From: Polyangiales bacterium | GTDB taxonomy: Bacteria > Myxococcota_A > Polyangia > Polyangiales > JADJQN01 | Reading direction: 5' to 3' | Length of the DNA: 64,000 nt | NCBI GenBank assembly: GCA_964202905.1 | Contig: CAXNJO010000001.1 | Location: forward strand, 224,001 to 288,000 | Shown: positions 48,486 through 59,550 of the stretch, piece after piece | How the letters are laid out: every line of letters begins with the position of its first letter | Numbering within the stretch: position 1 is the stretch's first letter | Position numbers and translations under genes: made by a program | The notes under the pieces: generated by a model | Databases searched by the model: none | Seen by the model: the letters and a program-made list of their open reading frames with translations, nothing else | What the model was told of the DNA's origin: nothing

Positions 48486-50073
48486 GGCGTCCACGGCGTC
48501 CCCCGACGCCGACGTCGACGAGCCCCCTCGGCCCGCACTCCCCCCGCGCGGCGGCTCGGTCGCGCGCCGGCTCGTGCCGTTCGCGCTCGCCGCGCTCGGC
48601 GGCACGCTCGCCTTCCTCGGCTTCGCGGGCTTCGACCTCTGGCCGCTCGCGCTCGTCGCCTTCGTGCCGGGCTATGCGGCCATCGACCTCGCGCGGCCGC
48701 GGGGCACGCGCGAGGTGCTCGGCGTCGGGCTGCTCTTCGGCTTCGTCACGGGTTGGGGCGGCTTCTACTGGCTGCTCGAGGTGCTCGAGGTGTTCAGCGG
48801 CTTCCCCGTCTGGCTCTGCACGCTCTTCGCGAGCCTGCTGATCCTCTACACGGCCGGGTCGTTCGCGCTCGCGTTCTGGCTCTACGCGCGCGCGCGGGAC
48901 CGCGGCTTCGGCGCGACGGGCGCGGCGGTCGCCTCGAGCCTCGCGTGCGAGCTGCTCTATCCGCTGCTCTTCCCGTTCTATTACGGGGCGAGCTTTCACG
49001 CGCTCCCGGTCGCGCTGCAGGTCGCGGACCTCGGCGGGCCGCTGCTGCTCACCGCGCTCGCGATCGCCGTGAACGGCGCCCTCTACGAGCTCGGCGCCGC
49101 GCTGCAGGCACGCACGCGACCGCTGCCCCTGCGCGGCCCGCTCGCCGCGCTCGCGTACGTCGCCTTCGTGCTCGCGTACGGCGCGTGGCGGCTGCGCGCG
49201 GTGGACGCCGAGGTGGCCGCCGCGCCGAAGCTCCAGGTGGGCCTCGTGCAGGCGAACATGGGCCTGCTCGAGAAGCGCGAGGACCCCTTCGAGGGGCAGG
49301 TGCGGCACCTCGATCAGAGCTTCGCGCTCGAGGCCGAGGCGCACCCGGCGCTGATCGTCTGGCCGGAGAGCGCCTTCGCGTCGGTCCTCCCCGAACACAT
49401 CCGCAACGTGCGCGGGTACGTCCTCGGCGACCTCGCGACACCGGTGCTCTTCGGTGGGCTCTCGCAGCGCCGCGTCGACGGCGCCCCGCGCTACTTCAAC
49501 ACGGCCTTCATCACCGACGCGGGCGGCACGATCCGCGGCAGCTACGACAAGACCTACCTGCTCGCGTTCGGCGAATACCTGCCCTTCGGCGAGACCTTCC
49601 CCTTCCTCTACGAGCTCTCGCGCCAGAGCGGCCGCTTCACGCCGGGCCGACACGTGCGCCCGCTGCCGCTCGGCGCGTACGGGATCGCGACCCTCATCTG
49701 CTACGAGGATCTGCTGCCCGGCTTCGTGCGCGCGGCGATGGCCTCCGACCCGCACCTGCTCGTCAACATCACGAACGACGCGTGGTTCGGCGACACGCAC
49801 GAGCCGTGGATCCACTTCGCGCTCGCGAAGCTGCGCGCGGTCGAGCACCACCGCTTCCTCGTGCGCGCGACCAACAGCGGCGTGAGCGGCATCGTCGACC
49901 CGGCGGGCCGCGTCGTCGCGCACACGGGCACGTTCGAGCGCGCGACGCTGCACGCGGAGGTCGCGATGCTGCGCGGCCGCACGCTCTACGCGATCGTCGG
50001 CGACTGGCCCGGCTGGCTCGCCGTCGCCGCGGTGCTGTGGATGGTCACCCGCCGCCGCGCGACGACGGACTGA
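48454..50073 (+). CDS. lnt: Apolipoprotein N-acyltransferase (start codon uncertain)
   Basis: N-terminal TMs; VQANM, IVWPES, YDKTYLLAFGEYLP, ICYED, NITNDAWFG and RATNSGVS (E-K-C triad). Confidence 0.93.
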   Translation: MARSIAPSDAEASTASPDADVDEPPRPALPPRGGSVARRLVPFALAALGGTLAFLGFAGFDLWPLALVAFVPGYAAIDLARPRGTREVLGVGLLFGFVTGWGGFYWLLEVLEVFSGFPVWLCTLFASLLILYTAGSFALAFWLYARARDRGFGATGAAVASSLACELLYPLLFPFYYGASFHALPVALQVADLGGPLLLTALAIAVNGALYELGAALQARTRPLPLRGPLAALAYVAFVLAYGAWRLRAVDAEVAAAPKLQVGLVQANMGLLEKREDPFEGQVRHLDQSFALEAEAHPALIVWPESAFASVLPEHIRNVRGYVLGDLATPVLFGGLSQRRVDGAPRYFNTAFITDAGGTIRGSYDKTYLLAFGEYLPFGETFPFLYELSRQSGRFTPGRHVRPLPLGAYGIATLICYEDLLPGFVRAAMASDPHLLVNITNDAWFGDTHEPWIHFALAKLRAVEHHRFLVRATNSGVSGIVDPAGRVVAHTGTFERATLHAEVAMLRGRTLYAIVGDWPGWLAVAAVLWMVTRRRATTD

Positions 50074-50110
50074 ACCGTCATTCAGCCGCAGCGCGCGCGC
50101 GGCGGAGCCA

Positions 50111-50848
50111 TCACGCCTTCGACGCGGCGCGCCTGCGCACGCGCAGGTTCACGAGCTCGACACCGAGCGCGAAGGCCATCGCGAAATACACGTAACCCTT
50201 CGGGATCTTGGTGCCGATCCCCTCGGCCACGAGCATCACGCCGATGAGCACGAGGAACGCGAGCGCGAGCACCTTCATCGTCGGATGCCGCGTGACGAAG
50301 TCGCCGATCGGCCGCGCACCGAGGAGCATCACCCCGACCGAGGCGAGGATCGCGACGACCATCACCCAGATCTGCTCGGGCGGGATCATGCCCACCGCGG
50401 TGATGACGGAATCGAGCGAGAACACGAGGTCGAGCGCGAGGATCTGCGCGAGGACCACCCCTGCCTGCGCGGACGCGCGCCCGCTCGTGCCGATGGGCGC
50501 CTCGTCGTGCTCGTCGAGCTTCTTGTGCAGCTCGAGCACGGCCTTGGCGATGAGGAACAGACCGCCCCCGAGCAGGATCAGGCTCTTGCCGGTGATCGAG
50601 ACCCCGCCGACGCGCGTGAGCTCTTCGGTCAGCGACATCACCCAGCCGATCACGAAGAGCAACGCGATGCGCATCACGAGCGCGAGCCCGATGCCGAGCC
50701 GCGCGGTGCGCTCGCGCTGCGCCTCGGGCAGCCGACCCGTGAGGATGGTGATGAAGACGATGTTGTCGATGCCGAGGACGAGCTCCATCGCGACGAGCGA
50801 GAGGAGCGCGACCCAGGTCTCAGGATCGGCGAGGCCGGAGAGGGTCAT
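50111..50848 (-). CDS. TerC-family membrane protein
   Basis: MELVLGIDNIVFI, GGLFLIAKA, DLVFSLDSVITAVGM and IPKGYVYFAMAF. Confidence 0.93.
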   Translation of the reverse strand: MTLSGLADPETWVALLSLVAMELVLGIDNIVFITILTGRLPEAQRERTARLGIGLALVMRIALLFVIGWVMSLTEELTRVGGVSITGKSLILLGGGLFLIAKAVLELHKKLDEHDEAPIGTSGRASAQAGVVLAQILALDLVFSLDSVITAVGMIPPEQIWVMVVAILASVGVMLLGARPIGDFVTRHPTMKVLALAFLVLIGVMLVAEGIGTKIPKGYVYFAMAFALGVELVNLRVRRRAASKA

Positions 50849-50893
50849 GGGCCGGACTTTGTAGACGCGCGGGGCCCGCGTCGAGCGGGCGCG

Positions 50894-52624
50894 CTACGGG
50901 ATGCGCGCGGGCAACAGGAGCAGGTAGCTGCCGTCGGCGGCGCTCGTCGCGCGGGCGATCTCGAGGGCGCGCGGTGCGGCGTCCGGGCCCTCGACGACGG
51001 CGAAGGCACGGACCTCGGCGCCCTCGACGGGGCGATCGTCGGGGCCGCGGAGCGTGCCGCCGAGGGTCACGGGCGCCTCGAGGACGAGCTCGCGCACGTA
51101 GTTGCCGGAGGTCGCGCCGATCTCCAGGTCGCGCACGATTCCCCATGGAAAACCGCTCCCCGCGGGGGGTTTCACCGCGAGATCGTAGAGGCCGCGGTCG
51201 AGCGGCAGCGTGAACGCGCCGGTCTCGTCGCTCGTCGTCGCGCCGCTGCGGTTGAAGAGCATCGCGAGGTCGGCGCCACCCGCGGTGTAGGACCCGCGCG
51301 CGCTCGCGACCAGGCTCGCGCCCGACACGTGGCGGCCATCGGGCGCGGCGACCGTGCCGCCCCACGTGAAGCGCGGCGGCAGTTCGAACGCCTGCCCCTC
51401 GAGCACCTCGCCCGCGGCATCCGAGAGCGTGACGCGCGTCGCCTGCACGCCGAGGCCGGCCGCGCCCTCCGTCGCGGGCGGGCGCACGACGACGTCGTAC
51501 GTCCCCGAGACGAGCAACGTCTCGAAGCGGCCCGCGTCGTCGGTGAGCACCGGGCTCGAGCGGAAGGTGCCCGTCGCGCCGGTGCGCGCGTCGCGCAGCT
51601 CGGACGCGCGGAACTCGACCGTCGCGCCGCCGACCGCCGCGAGCGCGTCGCCCTCGACGTTGACGGTGCCGCGGTAGCGGACGAAGCGGCGCTCGGGGAC
51701 GAGGACCTGCACGCGGCCGCCCGCGCCCGCGACGAGGTACATCGGATCGACGTCGTACGCGGGCGAAGGCGCCTCGCCGGGGCCCGTCGCGCCCCCGATC
51801 CGAAGCACGTAGCGGTCCGTGCCCGGCGAGAGCCGCAGCAGGAACGCACCCTCGCCCTCAGCCGCCCCGGCGGGCGCGCTCATCGCGAGCGTGGACACCG
51901 GCGCACCGCCGCGCGCCGGATCGACCGCCTGCACCGTGACGCCCGGCTGCGCGAGCAGCGCGGCGTCGAGCAGCACGCCCTCGAACACCGCGAGCTCGGC
52001 CGGATACGTGAACGACGCCACGAGCGTGCCGCGCTCCGGCGCGACGAGCGGCGGCAGGTAGAGCGGCGGCAGCGTCTCGGCGTCGGCGCCGCGCGGCCGC
52101 ACGACGACCTCGTAGCGCACGCCGCCGACGAGCTCGGCGACGTAGTCCGCGTCCGCGACGAAGCCCTCGCGCGCCGAGACGGTGACGGCCGCGCCGCCGC
52201 GACCCGGGATCGCGGAAGCGGCCGCGAAGATCACGTCCGCCTCGACCGGGCGCCCATCCGCGCGGCGCACGGTGCCCGTGACGACGACGGGCTGCGGCAG
52301 GCAGGGCGGCGCGGAGACATCGCACCCGCGCAGATCGAGGGCGCGCGGGCCGTCCACCGTGAAGGGCGCGAGGTCGCTCACCCACGCGCGCGTGCCTGCG
52401 GCGGTCGGCACCGCGATCTCGAGGGCCACGCGCAGCGCGGCGACGCCTGGCGGCGCGACGCACATGCCGCGCGCCGCGTCGCACGCCGCGCCGGGGCACT
52501 CGGCCGCCTCGCTGCAGCGGTTGACGACGAGCGGCGCCGCGTCGATCGCGAAACTGCACGCGGCCGCGCCGATCGCCGACGCGAGCGCAGGCAGCAGCCA
52601 CGGGCGCGGGGCACGGCGGGTCAT
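50894..52624 (-). CDS. Lipoprotein with repeated carboxypeptidase-regulatory-like (prealbumin-fold) beta domains
   Basis: Lipobox AAAC; repeated G.V...DG.PV.GA.V...T...G.F...L..G.Y...V.P pattern; ATGA-coupled to the upstream gene. Confidence 0.72.
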   Translation of the reverse strand: MTRRAPRPWLLPALASAIGAAACSFAIDAAPLVVNRCSEAAECPGAACDAARGMCVAPPGVAALRVALEIAVPTAAGTRAWVSDLAPFTVDGPRALDLRGCDVSAPPCLPQPVVVTGTVRRADGRPVEADVIFAAASAIPGRGGAAVTVSAREGFVADADYVAELVGGVRYEVVVRPRGADAETLPPLYLPPLVAPERGTLVASFTYPAELAVFEGVLLDAALLAQPGVTVQAVDPARGGAPVSTLAMSAPAGAAEGEGAFLLRLSPGTDRYVLRIGGATGPGEAPSPAYDVDPMYLVAGAGGRVQVLVPERRFVRYRGTVNVEGDALAAVGGATVEFRASELRDARTGATGTFRSSPVLTDDAGRFETLLVSGTYDVVVRPPATEGAAGLGVQATRVTLSDAAGEVLEGQAFELPPRFTWGGTVAAPDGRHVSGASLVASARGSYTAGGADLAMLFNRSGATTSDETGAFTLPLDRGLYDLAVKPPAGSGFPWGIVRDLEIGATSGNYVRELVLEAPVTLGGTLRGPDDRPVEGAEVRAFAVVEGPDAAPRALEIARATSAADGSYLLLLPARIP

Positions 52625-53127
52625 CGGTTGCAGCTCGTGAGGTCGGTGCCCACGGGCGCCGCCCACCACACGGCGCGCGCGGACTCGTCGAGGTCTTCGG
52701 GCGTGAAACTCCCCACGAAACCGCTCGCGACGACGAGCTCGATCTTGTTGCACTGCCCCTCGACCAGCGCGCTCGCGGGCAGCACGAACTGGAAGGGCCG
52801 CTCGCCCGGACGTGCCGCCGCGGGGTTCGGCGGGATGCGCTCCGAGATCGGGATGTTCGCCGCGTTGCCGACGCGGTTCACGAAGACCTTCGCCTCGAGC
52901 TCGGCGTTCACGTCCGGGTCGCGCACGACCACCTCGAAGACCAGCTCGCCGGCGCCGCCGTCCTCGCCGCCCGCGGGTGCGAGCACGATGATGCGGTCGA
53001 GCGGGAGCGTGGCCGTCGCCGGCGTGACGATCGATGGCGGATAGCCGGGCGCCGCGCGGTAATCCGGCCGCTCGGTGATGAGACAGCCCGCAGGGAGCAC
53101 GGCCGTGGCGCAGGCGAGCAGCAGCAT
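52621..53127 (-). CDS. Hypothetical lipoprotein (start uncertain)
   Basis: MLLLACATAVLPAGC lipobox; natural composition; coupled to the downstream gene. Confidence 0.68.
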   Translation of the reverse strand: MLLLACATAVLPAGCLITERPDYRAAPGYPPSIVTPATATLPLDRIIVLAPAGGEDGGAGELVFEVVVRDPDVNAELEAKVFVNRVGNAANIPISERIPPNPAAARPGERPFQFVLPASALVEGQCNKIELVVASGFVGSFTPEDLDESARAVWWAAPVGTDLTSCNR

Positions 53128-53141
53128 CCTGCGCGGGCCAA

Positions 53142-53157
53142 AGCAATCGACGGGCCA
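53142..53157 (-). promoter_or_regulatory. Candidate sigma54 (-24/-12) promoter
   Basis: TGGCCCG-TCGA-TTGCT versus consensus TGGCACG-N4-TTGC, with exact GG-N10-GC spacing. Confidence 0.6.
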
Positions 53158-53210
53158 CGCGCGATCCCGCGCGCAAACGTGGCCGCGCGCGCGGCCGACG
53201 CCGCGATCCG

Positions 53211-53224
53211 TGACATCGCTGTCA
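53211..53224. promoter_or_regulatory. Candidate enhancer (EBP-binding) palindrome
   Basis: TGACA-tcgc-TGTCA about 55 bp upstream of the -24 element, just after the sigma54 activator gene. Confidence 0.45.
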
Positions 53225-53270
53225 GGCCCCCCGGACGCTGTCGGGACCGAGCGCGCCACGCGGAGACCGC

Positions 53271-55103
<1,833 letters not shown>

Positions 55104-55117
55104 CGGGCGCGAGCATA

Positions 55118-56809
55118 TCAGAGGCCCCCGGAGGGTGCCGTGCGCGGGGGCGCCGCCGCGACCGCGAGTCCCGAGGGGAGCGAACCGTCCGGCGACCACG
55201 CGTACACGCCGACGACCTGATCGAAGCGGTCGTTCGCGTCCGGCAGCCCGTTGCCGAAGGTCGCGCAGCGGAATCCCCACGTGAGGTCGACGCCGAGCGC
55301 GTGTCCGTCCCAGACGCGCACGCGCGCAGTCGCGAGCAGGTAGCCGATCCACTCCGAACCGCGCGCGTCCTCCGACACGGCGCCGCCGATGAAGTGCTGG
55401 CGGAAGGCGACCGAGAGCGTCCCGCGGTCGGCCGCGAACACACGCGCTTCGGCGAGCAGAACGGCATCGAGCCCGAAGTGGTTGTCGCGCTCGGCCTCGG
55501 TGCGCCGGTCCGGTCCGCCCGCGCCGAAGCCGAGCCCGCCGAGCCCCGTGACCGCGAGCGCGAGGCCCGTGGGATGCGCCCACTGGTGCGTCACGCCGAA
55601 GGCGAGCGCGCTCGTCGCGGTGCGGAACACGGGCGGCGCGAGCGCCTCGAAGACGCCGAAGAGACCGTACATGCCGCGCGAAAGACCCGATTCGAAGGAG
55701 CCGCCCACGAGCAGCCCACGCAGCGTGAGCTGGAACCACGGCGTCGCCGCGAGCACGAGCACGAGCGAGAGGTCGAAGTGGTCGAAGGGCCGCCGCAGCG
55801 ACCAGCCGGGCACCGGCAGCCCGTGCGTGACGCGCGCTTGCAGATAGCCGAGCCCCGCCGTGCGCACGTTGCGCACGCCGACCTCCGCGCGCCCCGCGAA
55901 GCTCACGCCCGCCGACAACTCGAGGTGCGCAGGGATGGGCTGCACGTCGCGCGCGCGGAAGCGCTCCCCCGCCGCGAGCCGCACCGCGCCGCCGACCGGA
56001 TCGACGGCCGCGGCCGCGAGCGACCAGCCTGCGCCGGGCCGCGCGCCGCCCGCGTCGAGGAACATCGCCGCGATCCGGTGGAGCGCCTCGCCGAGCAGCA
56101 CCCCGCCCGCCGGCGTCGTGATCGCGTCGTTGATCGCGGGGCGCTCCGTCTCGCCGAAGAGCTCCCAGAGCGTGCTCGCCACGAGCGGGAACGGCGTCGA
56201 GGCCCAGAAGCCGAGCCCCGACGCGCGCGCCGCCGCGAACGAGAGGCTGCCGTGGTACGGGTGCGCGAACTGGTTGGTCGCGTAGTTGCTGCGGTCGAAG
56301 ACCCACGGGCTGCGGAGGTTCGCGCGCCAGGAGTCGTGCGAGATCCGCGCCCAGTCGTCCTCGGTGACGAAGCGCGACCACGACCAGATCGCGACCTGGA
56401 GCGTGAGCGCGAGCCCCACCGCGAGGAGCGGCGCCGCGGCGCGCGGTCGTGTCGGCACCAAGGCGAGATCGGGCGCGGTGTGCAGCGGCTCGACGACGTA
56501 CGGGCGCTCGGGAATCGGCAGCGCGCCGACGACGGCGCGCGCGGAGCGTGCCTGTGGACGCTGGGATTCCACGCGTGGCGCTGCGGGCGCGGGATTCGCC
56601 GATGCCGGTGCGACGAGACCCTCTGCGGTGCGCCCGTCCTGCGCGATCGGTGTCTCAGCGGTTGAATCCGGCCGATCCCCGGATACCGCAACCTCATTGT
56701 CATGTCGGTCGCCGGAGCCGGCCGGCGCGTGCTGCGCCGCCGCCGTCGACGCGAGCAGCGCGATCCCGACGCCGAGCACGCACGGCGCTCCCCGCACGAT
56801 GCGACGCAC
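55118..56809 (-). CDS. DUF3943-domain outer-membrane/secreted protein
   Basis: GGAGG before GTG; signal peptide; WVFD...NQFAHPYHGS...AR..G...LWE..GETERPAIND.ITT..GG..LGEALHR; beta-strand-like C-terminal half. Confidence 0.75.
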   Translation of the reverse strand: MRRIVRGAPCVLGVGIALLASTAAAQHAPAGSGDRHDNEVAVSGDRPDSTAETPIAQDGRTAEGLVAPASANPAPAAPRVESQRPQARSARAVVGALPIPERPYVVEPLHTAPDLALVPTRPRAAAPLLAVGLALTLQVAIWSWSRFVTEDDWARISHDSWRANLRSPWVFDRSNYATNQFAHPYHGSLSFAAARASGLGFWASTPFPLVASTLWELFGETERPAINDAITTPAGGVLLGEALHRIAAMFLDAGGARPGAGWSLAAAAVDPVGGAVRLAAGERFRARDVQPIPAHLELSAGVSFAGRAEVGVRNVRTAGLGYLQARVTHGLPVPGWSLRRPFDHFDLSLVLVLAATPWFQLTLRGLLVGGSFESGLSRGMYGLFGVFEALAPPVFRTATSALAFGVTHQWAHPTGLALAVTGLGGLGFGAGGPDRRTEAERDNHFGLDAVLLAEARVFAADRGTLSVAFRQHFIGGAVSEDARGSEWIGYLLATARVRVWDGHALGVDLTWGFRCATFGNGLPDANDRFDQVVGVYAWSPDGSLPSGLAVAAAPPRTAPSGGL

Positions 56810-56856
56810 GCCGCCTCCAGCCGACGACGTGCGCCCGCGCGCGCGCATCGCAAGTC

Positions 56857-57813
56857 ATGCCCGCGCGAGACACGCCGCACGTTCACGGGCATCCTCGCCG
56901 CGTGCCGCCTCCGTCCACGGCCCTGCACTCCCCCGCTGCGCGCGTCCTCATCGCGTGTGTCGCGGCCTCCACGCGTGCACTCGTCGCGACGGTCGCGCTC
57001 GCCGCGTGCAGCGCGGATCCACCGCCCACCGCGACCGACGCCGGCACACCGCGCGATGCGGGCCATGACGCCGCGACGGACGCCTGCGCCGCGCTCTTCG
57101 GCGCGCCCAACGCGCAGACCGGGCTCGACGACACGCAGTGCCGCCCCGTCTGCGGCTGCGGCGCTGCGGCCTTCGTCCCGCGCACCTGGGATGCAGCCAG
57201 CCTCGCGGCGCTCCGCGCGAAGGTGCTGCTCGGCCCGCCCGCCGTGCTCACCGACGATCCGTACACACGCCCCGCGCCGCCGCCCCCGCTGCCCGAGACG
57301 GTGTGCGCCGTGCGCTTCGACGCGGTGGACGCGAACGCCTACACGCTCGAGACCTTCGCCTCGCGCGAGGCCGCGACGATGGCGGGCGCGATCTCCACGC
57401 ACGCGGGCGCGTGCGGGCTCTGCTCGTCGCTCGCCGATCTCGCCGTGTACGCGGGCACGCCCGATCTCACCGCGCCTGTGCGCCAGTGCGGGCTCGACCA
57501 CGCGACGGATCCCGCCGGGCTGCGGAGCTGCCTCGCGGCGCTCGGCTTCACGCCGCCGTGCGCCGAGATCTGGGCCTACAACGTCGAACACACGCGCACC
57601 GCGTGCGGCGCCGTGTGCCTGCGCCTGCTGCGCGCGCCCTACCATGCGCCCGACGGCGCGCTGAACGCCTGCCTGCAATGCGACGAGACGGAGAGCGGCG
57701 ACGTCTTCAAGGCCGTCGCGGGCCGCACGCGCCGCAACACCGGGCTCGCCAACGCGCTCTGCCGCCCGTGCAGCGAGGTCGTCCCCTTCGACCACGCATA
57801 TCCCAGCATCTGA
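56857..57813 (+). CDS. Cys-rich lipoprotein of unknown function (start uncertain)
   Basis: Lipobox LAAC; THAGACGLCS, DLTAPVRQCG, LGFTPPCAEIW and CLQCDE..SG.VFK.VAGRTRRNTGL. Confidence 0.72.
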   Translation: MPARDTPHVHGHPRRVPPPSTALHSPAARVLIACVAASTRALVATVALAACSADPPPTATDAGTPRDAGHDAATDACAALFGAPNAQTGLDDTQCRPVCGCGAAAFVPRTWDAASLAALRAKVLLGPPAVLTDDPYTRPAPPPPLPETVCAVRFDAVDANAYTLETFASREAATMAGAISTHAGACGLCSSLADLAVYAGTPDLTAPVRQCGLDHATDPAGLRSCLAALGFTPPCAEIWAYNVEHTRTACGAVCLRLLRAPYHAPDGALNACLQCDETESGDVFKAVAGRTRRNTGLANALCRPCSEVVPFDHAYPSI

Positions 57814-57833
57814 GCGAGCGCATCGATGGGAGG

Positions 57834-57912
57834 ATGGGATTCTGCGAATCCCACGCGTCATCTCCTTCACAAAGAGACATGGCGCGATCCACACGTGGTG
57901 AATCGCGCCATG
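57834..57912. terminator. Two hairpins between convergent genes; the first is copy 2 of the GGGATTC palindrome
   Basis: TGGGATTC-tgc-GAATCCCA at 57835-57853; CATGGCGCGAT...ATCGCGCCATG at 57878-57912. Confidence 0.5.
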
Positions 57913-57933
57913 ACTCGAATCAACGTCGCGTGA

Positions 57934-58444
57934 TCACATCGCCGCGAGGCCGCTGCACACGGCGAACGCCGGGTCGCAGTTCATCGCACGGCAGCTCACG
58001 CAGCCCGGCGACGAGCGCGCCCGCGAGGCACTGCGTGAGGCAGTTCATCGTCACGCACGTCACGGTGTCACCGAAGCACGCCGTACAGCCCGTCGACAGC
58101 CCGCTCATCATCCCGATGCACTCCGAGGTCGCCGGCTGCATGCCGAAGGTGCGACCGATGCACGTCTGGATGATCATGCCGATGTCGACGCTCATGAGCG
58201 CCGTCGTATCGGCCATGTTCGTGCAGGCGCCGCTGGCCATCATGCCCGCATCCGTGCCCGGATCGCCCGCGTCCACGCCGGGGTCGCCCGCGTCCATGCC
58301 CGGTTCGCCCGCGTCCGTGCCGGGGTCACCGGCGTCCACCGTCATCATGCCGCCATCGGTGGCGGGCGGCGGTGCGTCGTCGTCGCCACAACCCACCAGC
58401 ATCGCCGTCAAGAGAAGCACCGAAATCATCATGCGTGTCGCCAT
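57934..58444 (-). CDS. Small Cys-rich lipoprotein with 7-aa DAG(D/E)PGx tandem repeats (frameshift near 58015)
   Basis: AAGGA RBS; lipobox LVGC; four 21-bp repeats at about 58250-58340. The Cys pattern continues GCVSCRAMNCDPAFAVCSGLAAM* in a shifted frame. Confidence 0.72.
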
Positions 58445-58456
58445 GTCGTGGTTCCT

Positions 58457-59384
58457 TCAGTCTGCGTGACACACCGAACACGCGTGGGCCGTGCTGGTCA
58501 CCATCAGGGGATCGTTGCTCGGGTCGGCATCCTGCGAGAGCGCGACGCGCATTTCCAGATTCGTGAGGCGCTCCGCGAGCATCGCCTGATCGTTCCAGGT
58601 GTCGTAGCCCGGCGTCGTGCGCGCCGACTCGTAGAAGGCGCGCGCCGAGTCGATGTCGCCCGCGCGCGCGAAGAGATCGCCCATGAAGACCGACGAGCCC
58701 TGCACGTTGTGCACGGCCCGCGGCCCGTTGGCGCAGGCCGGGTCGCTCGAGGCCGCGCCGCAGACGCTGATGTTGCCGCGGAGCGCGTCGACGGCCTGCG
58801 CGAACGCGGGGCTGCCCACGGGCTCGTCGGCGAGCACCATCGCGAGTGAGAAGAGCACGAACTCCGGGTTCTTCTCGGCACCCTCTTCGAGGATGGTCAT
58901 GCCCTGCGCACGCACCATCTCGTTGCCCGTGAGCCGGCCCATGCGCACGAGCACCGGGCCGAGCCACGCGGCGATGCGCGAGTCGGTCGGGCACGTCTCC
59001 TGCGCGCCCTGCAGATGCGTGAGCACGCCGCCCGCGAGCATGCCCATCTGCCGCGGCATCCGCGCCCTCGGGCGCGTCGGCGAGCAGCCAGAGCTGGGCG
59101 AGGCCGAGCAGCAGCTCGAGCTCCGCCTCGTCGGGGTGCGCGGTGTGCGCCGCCTCGAGCCCGGCGATCACCGCGGGCCGCGCCGCGCGATCGTCCGCCT
59201 CGAGCGCGTTCCAGAACGCGACCGACGCCTCGTGCCCCGTCGAGAACGCGGTGCGACACGCGAGCGCATCGGCCGAGGGCCCCGGCGCCGGCTCCGGCGA
59301 TGCACACGAGGCGGAGAGCGAGGCGAGCGCGGCGAGCGCCCAGCCACGGCAGGGGTTTGGAGTCGAGTAGGTCAGTCGGGCCAT
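58457..59384 (-). CDS. Helical (TPR-like) lipoprotein with C-terminal CxxCH motif (frameshift near 59060)
   Basis: Signal ending SASC; the helical body is split over two frames; ends AHACSVCHAD*. Confidence 0.68.
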
Positions 59385-59550
59385 CGGGCAAGACCGTACC
59401 GAGGCATACCGCCCAAGTAAGTGCGCATCCGCACGAGGGTGCGGCAGCCGGCCGCGGCCGGGGACGCCTTCGGAAGAACCGACGACGCCCGCCTGTGCAT
59501 TCGTCGTTTCCATTGCGCCCACCGTCCTTCCTCCGCGATTCTCTCGCGCA

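Noticed and set aside
55104..56381. N-terminal extension making the sigma54 activator 1036 aa
   Set aside because: It overlaps the DUF3943 gene in another frame with low-complexity translation. A TATGCT box precedes ATG 55103.
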